Source: an uncultured beta proteobacterium
GTDB lineage: Bacteria; Pseudomonadota; Gammaproteobacteria; Burkholderiales; Burkholderiaceae_F
NCBI GenBank assembly: GCA_963729785.1
Contig: CAVSPM010000029.1
Coordinates: 104,748 to 168,747 of the forward strand
Length of the DNA stretch: 64,000 nucleotides
Direction of reading: 5' to 3'
The position numbers and the translations under genes were made by a program. Below, piece after piece: positions 51,416 to 62,841 of this stretch (within the stretch, counting starts at the first letter, position 1; each line of letters begins with the position of its first letter). The notes below the pieces were generated by a model, which searched no databases, had not been told where the DNA came from, and worked only from the letters and a program-made list of their open reading frames with translations.

Positions 51416-53968
51416 TCAATGCAGTTCGTAGCGCACGCGCAGGTAAAGGTAGCGGCCGTTGAAACCGATGGGTGCAAGAAAATCGTAGGGCAGGTTGCCG
51501 TAGTAGTTGATGGCCGAATCCGAACGGCTCGGGTAGCGATCGGTCAGGTTCTGCGCGCCCAGGGCCACCGACAGGTCGTGCGTCGCCTTGATCTCGGCCT
51601 CAAGGTCCAGTTGTTCGGTGGAGCCGTAGGTCTGTGTGGCCGTGCCGTAGCTGGCGCCAAAATCGAACACCCGCGTCACCTGGCCCGTATGGGTAACGCG
51701 GGCCAGCAAATTCCAGGCCGGGCCGTTCCAATTGGCCGTCACGATGTCCCGACGCTTAGGGATTGCCGTCGTGATGGCGTTTTGCGCCTGCAGCCCGAAC
51801 AACAGCAGCCCGTTGGTCGGGTTCTGCACGCCATTGAGCTGCGGCGGCTGCGCGTGGATATCGCGGATGGCGTTGGTATCCCACATGGAGGCGTCCGAAA
51901 GACGCAGACTGCCGCCCAGCACGCTGCCCGTCCAGCTGCCCACCACTTCGGCCCCATGCGTCGTCGTGTCGACGGCATTGGTGAAAAACTGGTAGTTGCC
52001 GCCGGCCCCCGGCCCCGTGGTCGGGGCCAGCTGCTCGGACAGTGCGATGCGGTCGTTGATGTCGATGCGAAACAAGTCCGCGGACAGTTGCACCTGCTGC
52101 ACGGGCTGGGCCGTCAGCCCCACGCTGTAGTTCTTCGAGCGCTCCGGCTTGAGCGGTTGCGCCCCCAGCGACTGCGCCACGGGGTCGGCCACGGGCAGGA
52201 TGTTGACCGTCCCCAATCCGGTGGCGCTGGTGTAGAGCGTGGGCGCATAGGCGGCCGAGATCTGAGCCAGCGCCGGCGCGCGGAAATTGTTCGAGACCGC
52301 CCCGCGCAGCCCCCAGTTGGGCACAAACTCCCAGCGCGCACTGAGCTTGCCCGTGGCCGCCGAACCAGAGTCGCTGTAATGGTCGAAACGTGCGCCGGCG
52401 TCGGCGAACAGGCTCTTCAAAGGATTGCCCGAGAGGTCGGCGTACACGCCGGAGACCCAGCGGTCGCTGTCCGAAACCTCGCTGGGCTGCAAACCGGCAT
52501 CGCCTTGCGACCCGCCGGCCGCGGCCGGGGCAAAGCCCGCGGTCCCGTAGGGCGGCAGGCCGTACTTTCCGGTCTCGTACGACGCCGGGTCGCCCGGGCT
52601 GGTCTGGTAGCTCTCGCGGCGCACCTCGGCGCCCAGCGCCAGTGTCGCAGGGGTCGCCAGGCCCAGCCAGTTCACATCGCCGCTCGCGTCGTAGCTGGCC
52701 GTGGTCTGGCTGAAGCGAAATCCGCCGAGGTTAAATTGCGTCGGGCTGGCCGGCCCCAGGGACGCATTGAGCGAATTGGTCAAGCCGTAGACAAAGGAGT
52801 TGTAGCCGAAGGTGAGGCTGGCGTCGTACTTCCAGCTATCGCGCAGCGGCCCGCGCATGCCGCCATTGATATGCCAATCTTCGTTGGTACCCGTGCTGCG
52901 GGGCAGAAAACCGTTGGGGTAAAGATTCGTGTAGTAGCTGTAGTTGCTCGAGTCGGTGCTTTCGCGGTAGAAGGCGTCACCGGTCGATGTGCGGTGGTTG
53001 AACAGCAGCACGCTGTATCCGGTCGCGCCGTCGGCCAGCGGCGTGCTGCTGTCGGCCCATAGGTTGAGGTTGCGGATCTTCGCATCGCCGACGCCGAAAG
53101 TGACGGGGGTCTGCGGGGCAAAGGCGTAGTCGGTATCGAATCCCGCGCGGTTAGTCGGCTCGTGGCTGGTCGCATCGACGCCGAAATGCAGGTAGCCGTC
53201 ATCACCGAAGCCAAAGCCGTATTTGCCCTGCACGTTGACCGTCTGGCCATCGTTGATGGTCTGACCCGTGGGGGCAAAGTGCGTATGGAAGACCCCCGTA
53301 TTGAGGGCCAGTTCGCCGCCGCCCGTGAGCGAGTCGTCGAGGATGACATTGATGACCCCGGCAATGGCGTCCGAACCATACTGCGCTCCGGCGCCGTCGC
53401 GCAGAACTTCCACGCGCCGGATCGCATTGACGGGAATGGACGCAAAATCGACCGCGACCGAACCCAGGCCGACGACCGACTCGACGTTGACGATCGACGT
53501 CGGGTGCACGCGCTTGCCGTTGATCAAGACGAGAATCTGATCGGGGTTCAGGCCGCGCAGCTGCGCCGCGCGCACGTGGTCGGCGCTGCCGGAATTGGAC
53601 TGATCCAGGTAATTGAAGGAGGGCAACAACGACTGCAAAGCCTGGCCCAAGTTGGCCTGCGGGCCGGCTACCGAGCGCAAATCGTCGGCGGTCAGAATGT
53701 CCACGGGCGCAGTCGAACTCAACTCCGTCCGGTCCTTGGCGTGCGTGCCCGTGACGATGATCGATTCCAGCTGCGCTAGCACCACGCCCGGCGCCTCATC
53801 CTGCGCGGACGGTCGCTGCGGGTTCGGGGTCGGCTCCGCCTGAGCGCCCACCGCGCACATGACCAGACCCGCCAACAGCAGCGGGCGCGCACCGGAACGG
53901 CCGGCCGCGAGCGCCGCATCCATCGTGCTGGCCGCCACCCCCGCAAGACCGCGCTGACGCTCCCCCAT
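51416..53968 (-). CDS. TonB-dependent receptor (start uncertain)
   Basis: TonB box-like ESIIVTGT; plug motifs LRGLNPDQILVLINGKR and RVEVLRDGAGAQYGSDAIAGVINVIL; C-terminal GRYLYLRVRYEL. Confidence 0.93.
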   Translation of the reverse strand: MGERQRGLAGVAASTMDAALAAGRSGARPLLLAGLVMCAVGAQAEPTPNPQRPSAQDEAPGVVLAQLESIIVTGTHAKDRTELSSTAPVDILTADDLRSVAGPQANLGQALQSLLPSFNYLDQSNSGSADHVRAAQLRGLNPDQILVLINGKRVHPTSIVNVESVVGLGSVAVDFASIPVNAIRRVEVLRDGAGAQYGSDAIAGVINVILDDSLTGGGELALNTGVFHTHFAPTGQTINDGQTVNVQGKYGFGFGDDGYLHFGVDATSHEPTNRAGFDTDYAFAPQTPVTFGVGDAKIRNLNLWADSSTPLADGATGYSVLLFNHRTSTGDAFYRESTDSSNYSYYTNLYPNGFLPRSTGTNEDWHINGGMRGPLRDSWKYDASLTFGYNSFVYGLTNSLNASLGPASPTQFNLGGFRFSQTTASYDASGDVNWLGLATPATLALGAEVRRESYQTSPGDPASYETGKYGLPPYGTAGFAPAAAGGSQGDAGLQPSEVSDSDRWVSGVYADLSGNPLKSLFADAGARFDHYSDSGSAATGKLSARWEFVPNWGLRGAVSNNFRAPALAQISAAYAPTLYTSATGLGTVNILPVADPVAQSLGAQPLKPERSKNYSVGLTAQPVQQVQLSADLFRIDINDRIALSEQLAPTTGPGAGGNYQFFTNAVDTTTHGAEVVGSWTGSVLGGSLRLSDASMWDTNAIRDIHAQPPQLNGVQNPTNGLLLFGLQAQNAITTAIPKRRDIVTANWNGPAWNLLARVTHTGQVTRVFDFGASYGTATQTYGSTEQLDLEAEIKATHDLSVALGAQNLTDRYPSRSDSAINYYGNLPYDFLAPIGFNGRYLYLRVRYELH

Positions 53969-54095
53969 ACCGCCCCCCAAGAACATTCCGGCAAACCGCA
54001 AAGGATACGCGAGGCCCGCGTACCGGCTGGGCGATGCGGTCCGAATATGGTGACGGCGTTGCAAATTGGGAACGGCCAGGGCGGCCGCTTGCCCG

Positions 54096-55031
54096 TCAGG
54101 ACGGGGCGCCGCGCGCACTCAAGGAGCGCGCCACCCGGGAGCGCGTATCGCGGCCCAGTTGGGCGCAGATCCATGCACCCACGCCGACGAGCGCCTGCAG
54201 GTTGACTCCGGTGCGTACGCCCAGCCCCTGGAACAGGTAGACCAGGTCCTCCGTCGCAACGTTGCCGCTGGCGCCGGGGGCGTACGGGCATCCGCCCAAC
54301 CCGGCCACCGAAGCGTCGAAGCTGCGCACCCCGAATTCGTACGCCGCGTAGACGTTGGCCACGGCCATGCCGTAGGTGTCGTGAAAATGCCCGGCCAGCC
54401 GCTCCACCGGAACCACACGCGCCACCGCCGCAAGCATCGCCAGCACGCTACCGGGCGTGCCCACGCCGATCGTGTCCCCCAGCGAGATCTCGTAGCAACC
54501 CATCGCGAGCAATTGCCCGGCAAGCTGCGCCACCGCGGCGGGCGCCACCGCGCCCTCATAGGGGCAGCCGACGACACAAGACAGGTAGCCACGCACCGGT
54601 ATCGCCGCCGCCCGGGCTGCCGTCAAGACCGGCTCGAAGCGCTGCAGCGATTGGCCAATGGAACAGTTGATGTTGCGCTGGGAGAAGGTCTCCGAAGCCG
54701 CCGCGAACACGGCCACCCGGTCGGCCCCGGCGGCCACCGCGGCGTTGTAACCCTGCAGGTTCGGCGTGAGCACGGGCAGGTGCACGCCAGCGAGCGGGCC
54801 TGGCGCGACACGCAGGTCCTGCAGCGCCTGGAGCAGCAGCGCCGAGCCGGCCATCTGCGGCACCCACCGGGGCGAAACGAAGGCCCCGGCCTCGATTTCG
54901 CGCAGGCCAGCGCGCGCCAGACGCTCGATCAGTTCGCGTTTGACGGCGACGGATACCTGGGTCGCCTCGTTTTGCAGGCCGTCGCGCGGACCGACCTCGA
55001 TCAGGCGAACTTGGGCGGTGCTGTCGCTCAT
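54096..55031 (-). CDS. liuE: Hydroxymethylglutaryl-CoA lyase
   Basis: EVGPRDGLQNE, SLGDTIGVGTP, GHFHDTYG, GLGGCPYAPGASGNVATED. Confidence 0.95.
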   Translation of the reverse strand: MSDSTAQVRLIEVGPRDGLQNEATQVSVAVKRELIERLARAGLREIEAGAFVSPRWVPQMAGSALLLQALQDLRVAPGPLAGVHLPVLTPNLQGYNAAVAAGADRVAVFAAASETFSQRNINCSIGQSLQRFEPVLTAARAAAIPVRGYLSCVVGCPYEGAVAPAAVAQLAGQLLAMGCYEISLGDTIGVGTPGSVLAMLAAVARVVPVERLAGHFHDTYGMAVANVYAAYEFGVRSFDASVAGLGGCPYAPGASGNVATEDLVYLFQGLGVRTGVNLQALVGVGAWICAQLGRDTRSRVARSLSARGAPS

Positions 55032-55041
55032 GCCGCGCCCG

Positions 55042-57180
55042 TCATCGAGCACCCTCGGCCCCATCGGGCTCGAACTCCATCAACTGCTCGGCCATCGCAA
55101 CCTGGTCGCCAACGGCGACGCAAAACGAGCGCAACAGGCCGGCCGCCGGGGCATGCACCGTGTGTTCCATCTTCATCGCCTCGACGATCAACAGCGGCGT
55201 ATCGCGGGCAACCTGTGTGCCCGGTTCGACCAGTAGCGCGATCACCTTCCCCGGCATGGGCGCCAACACGGTGCCCAGCGCCTCGTCGCCGGGCCCACCG
55301 TGCGCCTCGTGCAGCCGATCACGGCATTCGAAGATCTGGTGCACGTGCGTTCGCCCCAGGGCCCCGGGTCGGCCGCCGAATACATGCCAGCGGCCGCCGT
55401 GCAGCACGGCGCTGGCCGCGCACAAGCGCCCGTCCAGATGGGCCCACAGATCGATCCGCTCCACGGTCTCTTGCGGCGCCGACCGCGCCGCAACCGCCGT
55501 CCCATCCCGCTGCAGCTGACAGCGCGTCGTCACGCCGTCGAGCGTGAGCCAGATCGAACCATCGTCCTTGCCGCGGGCGGCGCCGGCGATCGCCGACGCC
55601 GCCGGCGGCGCATCGTCGATCAGCAGCTGGCGCGGCTCGCGCGCCCCAAGACCGCCCAGCCAGATCAGCTGCAGCACCCGCTGCGCCGGCCGGTTCGCCC
55701 GCCAGCCATCGCGTGCGTACCAGGCGCCGACATTGCGCCCGGTGCGCGCATCTTGCCGGGCCTCGCTCTCGAGGTGAGCAAGGGCGGCGAGCAGCCAAAA
55801 ATCACGCCCGGGCGCCTGGGCCGGCGCCGCCAGGACCGCGGCATCGCGTTCGATGAGGTCTGTGTCGAGCAACGCGGACTCAAAGGAAGGCGCATCGACC
55901 AAGCGCGCAAGAAAAGCCAGGTTGTTGACCACGCCGACGATGCGCGTCTGCGCCAAGGCATCGCGCATGCGCGCGCGCGCCGCGTCGCGATCGACATCCC
56001 AGGTGATCAGCTTGGCGATCATCGGATCGTAATGCGGCGAGATCGCATCGCCTTGGTCCACGCCGGCATCGAGCCGCACGTGAGCCGAAAGCTCGGGCGT
56101 CTGCAGCAGCTCGATCGTTCCGGTGGCCGGCGTGTAGCCATGGTCGGCGTCTTCGGCGTAGATGCGCGCCTCGATCGCGTGGCCGCAGATCGCCAGCTGC
56201 TCCTGCGTGCGCGGCAGCGGCTCACCGGCAGCCACGCGCAGCTGCCACTCCACGAGGTCCAACCCGGTGATCATCTCCGTCACCGGGTGTTCGACCTGCA
56301 GGCGGGTATTCATTTCCATGAAGAAGAAGGCATCCTCGCCGCGGGGCGCGATGAACTCCACGGTGCCGGCGCCGACGTAGCCCACCGACCGCGCCACCTG
56401 GGTGGCCGCCAACCCCATCGCCCGCCGCCGTTCGGGCGTCATGCCCGGCGCCGGCGCCTCCTCAAGCACCTTCTGGTGCCGCCGCTGCACCGAGCAGTCG
56501 CGCTCGAACAGGTGCACGACGTTGCCGTGCAGGTCGGCAAATACCTGCACCTCGATATGCCGCGGCTGCAGGATGTATTTCTCCACAAGCACGTGGTCCG
56601 AACCGAACGAGGCCAGCGCTTCGCGCTGACAGGCCGCCAGCGCAGCGGCGAACTCCTCCGGACGATCGACGCGCCGCATGCCCTTGCCGCCGCCGCCCGC
56701 GCTGGCCTTGATGAGAACCGGGAACCCGATGTGCGACGCCTCTGCCGCCAGGAAGGCGGCGTCCTGATTGTCGCCGTGATACCCCGGCGTGAGCGGCACA
56801 CCGGCGGCCTGCAGCAGGGCCTTCGCGGCCGACTTGGAACCCATCGCCCGGATCGCCGCCGGTGGCGGGCCGATGAAGCAAACCCCGGCGGCCGCGCAGG
56901 CCATGGCGAAGGGCGCCGACTCGGACAAAAAGCCGTAGCCCGGATGGATGGCCTGCACGCCGCTGGCGCGCGCTGCCGCAACGATCCGGTCGATGTGCAG
57001 ATAGCTCTCTCGCGCCGCCGCTGGCCCAATGCAGATCGCCTCGTCGGCCAGGCGCACGTGCCGGGCGCGCTCGTCGGCGCTCGAGTACACGGCCACCGTG
57101 CCGATGCCCAGGCGTCGCGCGGTGCGCATCACCCGGCACGCGATCTCCCCGCGGTTGGCAATCAGAATCCTGGAGAACAT
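55042..57180 (-). CDS. liuD: 3-methylcrotonyl-CoA carboxylase alpha subunit (biotin carboxylase + carrier)
   Basis: ANRGEIACR, HPGYGFLSE, GGGGKGMR, EMNTRLQVEHPVTE, biotinylation motif EAMKME. Confidence 0.92.
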   Translation of the reverse strand: MFSRILIANRGEIACRVMRTARRLGIGTVAVYSSADERARHVRLADEAICIGPAAARESYLHIDRIVAAARASGVQAIHPGYGFLSESAPFAMACAAAGVCFIGPPPAAIRAMGSKSAAKALLQAAGVPLTPGYHGDNQDAAFLAAEASHIGFPVLIKASAGGGGKGMRRVDRPEEFAAALAACQREALASFGSDHVLVEKYILQPRHIEVQVFADLHGNVVHLFERDCSVQRRHQKVLEEAPAPGMTPERRRAMGLAATQVARSVGYVGAGTVEFIAPRGEDAFFFMEMNTRLQVEHPVTEMITGLDLVEWQLRVAAGEPLPRTQEQLAICGHAIEARIYAEDADHGYTPATGTIELLQTPELSAHVRLDAGVDQGDAISPHYDPMIAKLITWDVDRDAARARMRDALAQTRIVGVVNNLAFLARLVDAPSFESALLDTDLIERDAAVLAAPAQAPGRDFWLLAALAHLESEARQDARTGRNVGAWYARDGWRANRPAQRVLQLIWLGGLGAREPRQLLIDDAPPAASAIAGAARGKDDGSIWLTLDGVTTRCQLQRDGTAVAARSAPQETVERIDLWAHLDGRLCAASAVLHGGRWHVFGGRPGALGRTHVHQIFECRDRLHEAHGGPGDEALGTVLAPMPGKVIALLVEPGTQVARDTPLLIVEAMKMEHTVHAPAAGLLRSFCVAVGDQVAMAEQLMEFEPDGAEGAR

Positions 57181-57198
57181 CGCGGCAGCCCCTGGTCG

Positions 57199-57519
57199 TC
57201 AGGGCGAGCTCGGTTCGGCGGTACCGGAAGATACAACCTCGTAGCGCCGCTCGCCGGTCTTGGAGTGGAAGTAGACCTGCATCAGCTGGCCCGAATCGGG
57301 GTCCACGAAGCGCTCGCCCGTCGCCTGCCAGTCCTGCTGGTCCGCGTCGGCCGCGACCGAGGTCTTGGGCCGATAGCGCCAGCGCTCGAACAGCAGCGCC
57401 AGCAGGACGATGCCGCCCCATGCCAGCAGCGGAACAAAGTCCCCCGACCCGGTCAGCAAGGCGCCGGCCCCGACGGCGACCAGCAGCAGGCAGATGACGA
57501 GCAGCGCGTTGCGCAGCAT
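57199..57519 (-). CDS. Small membrane protein (2 TM + soluble C-terminus)
   Basis: Hydrophobic N-terminal half; FERWRY; WQATGERFVDPDSG...RRY; tightly spaced within the operon. Confidence 0.75.
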   Translation of the reverse strand: MLRNALLVICLLLVAVGAGALLTGSGDFVPLLAWGGIVLLALLFERWRYRPKTSVAADADQQDWQATGERFVDPDSGQLMQVYFHSKTGERRYEVVSSGTAEPSSP

Positions 57520-57521
57520 CG

Positions 57522-57848
57522 CTAAGCCCCGACCTTCTCGACCACGACCGCGGTGCCATAGGCGACGATCTCGCTCATGGTCTGCCCCATCTCGGCCGAA
57601 TCGAAGCGCATCATCACCACCGCGTTGGCGCGCATCAGGTGCGCGTTGCTGACCATCCGATCCACCGCATGCCGGCGTGCCTCCTCGAGCAGCTGCGTGT
57701 ACTCGGTGATCTCTCCACCGACGATCGAGCGCAAGCCGGCCATCAGGTTGCCCGCCAGTCCGCGGCTGCGCACGACCACGCCGAACACCTGCCCCTTGAC
57801 CTCGATCACCCGGTGCCCGGTGATGTTTTCCGTCGTGACAACGATCAT
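57522..57848 (-). CDS. YbjQ / UPF0145 (putative heavy-metal-binding) family protein
   Basis: MIVVTTENITG, GVVVRSR, IVGGEITEYT, ANAVVMMRFD, EIVAYGTAV. Confidence 0.9.
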   Translation of the reverse strand: MIVVTTENITGHRVIEVKGQVFGVVVRSRGLAGNLMAGLRSIVGGEITEYTQLLEEARRHAVDRMVSNAHLMRANAVVMMRFDSAEMGQTMSEIVAYGTAVVVEKVGA

Positions 57849-57879
57849 CCTGGATCTCCCAATTTGCCGCGCGCGGACG

Positions 57880-59484
<1,605 letters not shown>

Positions 59485-59727
59485 GGGTTAGCTAGGCCGT
59501 CGGAAAGTGCCGGTCTGCGGGCCAGCGGGCACCGCGCCACTTTTTACAAGCGCGAGGCTAGAGCAAGCATATCCTGCCGCGCGCTCTCATTGTGCCTGAC
59601 GAGCCGGATCAGTCTGACGTGGCTGACGTGCCTGGCGCACCGCGACGGATCGGCCGATTGCCGCCCTCCGTCCCGGCCGGTGGCCACATCCGGCCGGCCA
59701 GAGCCGATCCGAAGGCGCCGCCGTGGC

Positions 59728-60117
59728 ATGCATCGCGGTAGCATTGCCAGCCTGGCTGCCAGCGGGAGGCACACGCCCGCGGCCGGGATCAAGGCGCGCA
59801 CCCTGGACAACGATACGACCGGAACCGGCCCATCCGAGGCCCACGTCCGCAAAGCGGAGGCACAAGCAGCGGCGCGGCGACGCCGGCGACGCTGGGCCGT
59901 CGTTGCCGTGTTGTTTCCGCTTTTCTTCCTATTGGTCATCGCCCTGGGGATAGCGGCGATGGCTTGGCGCCACATGGAGTTTTTTCGTCCGTCCCCCGCC
60001 AGCAACCGCGCGGCCGCGCCGGCGGTATCGGCGCAGACGCTGCGCCCCGCTCGGCGACTGGCCATCGAGTCGCCGGTGCGCGCGGCAGATCGCGCCGCGG
60101 GCACCGCAACAGCGTGA
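59728..60117 (+). CDS. Hypothetical single-pass membrane protein upstream of regB (start uncertain)
   Basis: RRRRRR followed by WAVVAVLFPLFFLLVIALGIAAMAW; stop overlaps the regB GTG (GTGA). Confidence 0.5.
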   Translation: MHRGSIASLAASGRHTPAAGIKARTLDNDTTGTGPSEAHVRKAEAQAAARRRRRRWAVVAVLFPLFFLLVIALGIAAMAWRHMEFFRPSPASNRAAAPAVSAQTLRPARRLAIESPVRAADRAAGTATA

Positions 60118-61379
60118 GCCCCGCCTCGCACTTGGCAAGCGCCGATCAGGGCAATCGGCTGCGGCGGATCGTGGCCTTGCGCTGGGTCGCGGTCCTTGCC
60201 GAGCTAGCCCTGGTACTGTTGACGCGCCAGTGGCTGGGGATGGGAACCCCGCTCGAACCCGTACTTGCCATTTGCGTTGCGCAGCTGGGGCTCAACTTGG
60301 CCTGCATCGCCTATGGCACACGCGCCACGGCGGCCAGCGACGGGCAGATGTTTGCCCAGTTGCTGTTCGACGTGGCCGCGCTGACCGGCATCACCTACCT
60401 GGCCGGCGGGTCGACCAACCCGCTCATCAGCTTGTACCTGCTGTGGATTGCGGTCGGCGCCGCGATGCTGGAGGCCCGGCACGCGGCGATCCTGGCGGCG
60501 ATCTGCATCGGCAGTTACTCGCTGGTCAACTTCGTTCACGCCGAGGTGCACATCCACGACCACGAGAAGGCGCTGCAGGTTCACCTGATCGGCATGTGGG
60601 TGGTCTTCGTGTTCTCGGCGATGACCATCTGCTGGTCGGTGATACGCCTGACCAGCGCGGTGCGCCGGCGCGATGCCGAATTGGCCGATGCGCGCGAGGC
60701 CGCGCTGCGCAGCGAACGCGTGGTGGCCCTGGGAAATCTGGCCGCCGGGGCGGCCCACGAACTGGGCACGCCGCTGACGACGATGACCGTGCTGGCCGGC
60801 GAAGTATTGCGCGATGCCGATCTGGCGCCCAGCCTGCGGCCGGACCTGGAACTGCTGCAGGCGCAGCTCGAAGAATGCAAGCGCATCATTACGCAACTGG
60901 CGGCGCAGGCCGGAACCTCGCGCGCCGAGGCACTGTCCCCGACGACACTGGATGCCTGGCTGGAGCAGCTGCTGCAGCGCTGGCGCCTGCAACGGCCCAT
61001 GATAGAGCCGCAGCTGAACCTGGCCGGCATTCGACCTGGTCCGATCGTGGCCATGGATGCGACGCTGGGCCAGGCATTGCTGAATCTGTTCAACAATGCC
61101 GCGGACGCCAGCCCGAGCCAGGTTGTCATCGAGGCGCAGTGGAACCACAGCGAGCTCGATCTGCGCGTCCTGGATCGGGGCAAGGGCATCAGCGCTGCCG
61201 TGCTGGGCAACCTCGGGCGCGACCTGGTAACGACGCGCGACGGCGGAATGGGGATGGGCGTCGTCCTGGCCTACGCAGCCATCGAGCGCAGCGGCGGCCA
61301 ACTGCGGTTCGACGCACTGGACGGCGGAGGGACGATCGCGCGGGTGCGATTGCCGCTGGCCAGCGTGCAACCTCGCTGA
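60114..61379 (+). CDS. regB: RegB/PrrB-type redox sensor histidine kinase
   Basis: LRWVAV, GGSTNPL (cf. quinone-binding GGxxNPF), AAHELGTPL, QLEECKRII (redox Cys), NNAADAS, DRGKG, GMGMG. Confidence 0.9.
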   Translation: MSPASHLASADQGNRLRRIVALRWVAVLAELALVLLTRQWLGMGTPLEPVLAICVAQLGLNLACIAYGTRATAASDGQMFAQLLFDVAALTGITYLAGGSTNPLISLYLLWIAVGAAMLEARHAAILAAICIGSYSLVNFVHAEVHIHDHEKALQVHLIGMWVVFVFSAMTICWSVIRLTSAVRRRDAELADAREAALRSERVVALGNLAAGAAHELGTPLTTMTVLAGEVLRDADLAPSLRPDLELLQAQLEECKRIITQLAAQAGTSRAEALSPTTLDAWLEQLLQRWRLQRPMIEPQLNLAGIRPGPIVAMDATLGQALLNLFNNAADASPSQVVIEAQWNHSELDLRVLDRGKGISAAVLGNLGRDLVTTRDGGMGMGVVLAYAAIERSGGQLRFDALDGGGTIARVRLPLASVQPR

Positions 61380-61394
61380 GAAGTCGGTCACACC

Positions 61395-61973
61395 ATGCAC
61401 GAACCCCAGAACCCGCCAACCGCTGCACCCGCGCGCGAACACCACGGCAACCTGCTGCTCGTCGACGACGACAAGGTGCTGACCGAGGTGTTGCTGCGCG
61501 CCCTGTCCAGAAGGGGCTTTGTCGTGCGCAGCGCCGATTCGCTCGGCGCCTGCGCGCAGTTGCTGCGAACAGGATATGTCGCCGATTTCGCGGTGCTCGA
61601 CCTGAACCTGGATGGCGCCTCGGGCTTCAAGGCGATCGAATGGCTAAAGTACGCCAACGCCGACTGCAGCATCGTCATCCTTACCGGCTACGCGAGCATT
61701 TCAACCGCCGTCGACGCGATCAAACTGGGGGCGCGCCAATACCTAGCCAAACCGGTCGCAGTCGATGCCATCGTCAAGGCGCTGCTCGCGGACCAGTCGC
61801 CGGACCTGGAAATGGCGCCCGAGCAGACCCTGTCGGTTTCCCGGCTGGAGTGGGAACACATCCAGCGCGTGCTGGCCGAGCACGACGGCAACGTGTCGGC
61901 CACCGCACGAGCACTCAAGATGCACCGGCGCACCTTGCAACGCAAGCTGGCCAAACACCCCGCCAAGAGCTAG
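61395..61973 (+). CDS. regA: RegA/PrrA-type response regulator
   Basis: LLVDDD, VLDLNL, LTGYASISTAVDAIKLGA, EWEHIQRVL...NVSATARALKMHRRTLQRKL. Confidence 0.95.
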   Translation: MHEPQNPPTAAPAREHHGNLLLVDDDKVLTEVLLRALSRRGFVVRSADSLGACAQLLRTGYVADFAVLDLNLDGASGFKAIEWLKYANADCSIVILTGYASISTAVDAIKLGARQYLAKPVAVDAIVKALLADQSPDLEMAPEQTLSVSRLEWEHIQRVLAEHDGNVSATARALKMHRRTLQRKLAKHPAKS

Positions 61974-62004
61974 CCAGCCACCTTGACGCGAACCCGTCGC
62001 GAAC

Positions 62005-62730
62005 TCAAAAGCCTTGTTTGCGACCGCGATCGGGCTCCGACGACCAGACGTCGTCGGCATCGGCCGGACGAGCAGTCCGCCAGTGCCCTTTGAGGTTACG
62101 CAACTCGACCAGGATCTCCGGCGGAAAACCCTTGCGCCCGGGTCGCCTGCCGACCAGCAGGTCGTCGAAAACGTCCCTGACCATCGCCGGCGTGTCCCAG
62201 AAACGCGCCAGTCGATTGACGATGCGCGGAAAACGCACCGCCGTCTGGCTGGGCCGGACCGCGTCCGGCAATTCACGCAGCCACTTTGCCGCCCCCGGGT
62301 TCAGGGCCCGGTCGTACAACGAGGGAGGCTTGCGGTTCTCGATGCCGGTGCCGCTGTGCGTCGGCTGGTGAAGCGTCCGATAGTGCGCGTACAGCACCCT
62401 CAGCTCCGTCAGGATTTTGGGTGGGAACCCTTTGCGTCCGAGGCGTCGATCGATCAGCAACTCATCAAACATCGATTCGAGCATTGCTGGTGATTCCCAG
62501 AACCGGGCGATCCGATTGGCGATGCGCGGGAACCAGCCCGCCGTCTCCCGCGGACACACCGCCGCCGGCAGCGCATGCAGCCAGTTGACCGTGGCCGGTG
62601 TCAGGGTGCGGTCGTACGGCGACGGCGGCATCCGATGTTCCGGCCCGCCCAAGCGCACCGGCGCGTCCCGTGTCGTCGGGTCATAAGAAGAGGCCAGGGG
62701 ACGTCCCAGCAATGGTCTAGAACGCATCAA
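62005..62730 (-). CDS. Hypothetical protein with two tandem copies of an approximately 85-aa domain
   Basis: Repeats W..LP..V.P..TA..FPRI.NR.ARFW..PAM....FD.LL..RR.GRKGFPP.IL.ELR.L. Confidence 0.85.
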   Translation of the reverse strand: MMRSRPLLGRPLASSYDPTTRDAPVRLGGPEHRMPPSPYDRTLTPATVNWLHALPAAVCPRETAGWFPRIANRIARFWESPAMLESMFDELLIDRRLGRKGFPPKILTELRVLYAHYRTLHQPTHSGTGIENRKPPSLYDRALNPGAAKWLRELPDAVRPSQTAVRFPRIVNRLARFWDTPAMVRDVFDDLLVGRRPGRKGFPPEILVELRNLKGHWRTARPADADDVWSSEPDRGRKQGF

Positions 62731-62841
62731 AGGATCCGCGAGAATGGCTTAGGCCCAGCCCTTTGTGGAGACGCATACAATTCATCATATCAAGAACACG
62801 CCCGCTTGCCGACCCGGCACGGTAAACACGCCAATCAGACC

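Noticed and set aside
50333-53062. 909-aa plus-strand ORF (similarly 55300-57525, 57964-60117 and 30775-32430)
   Set aside because: Antisense shadows of well-supported genes in high-GC DNA, with no motifs. Only the last approximately 130 codons of 57964-60117 are kept, as a tentative gene.
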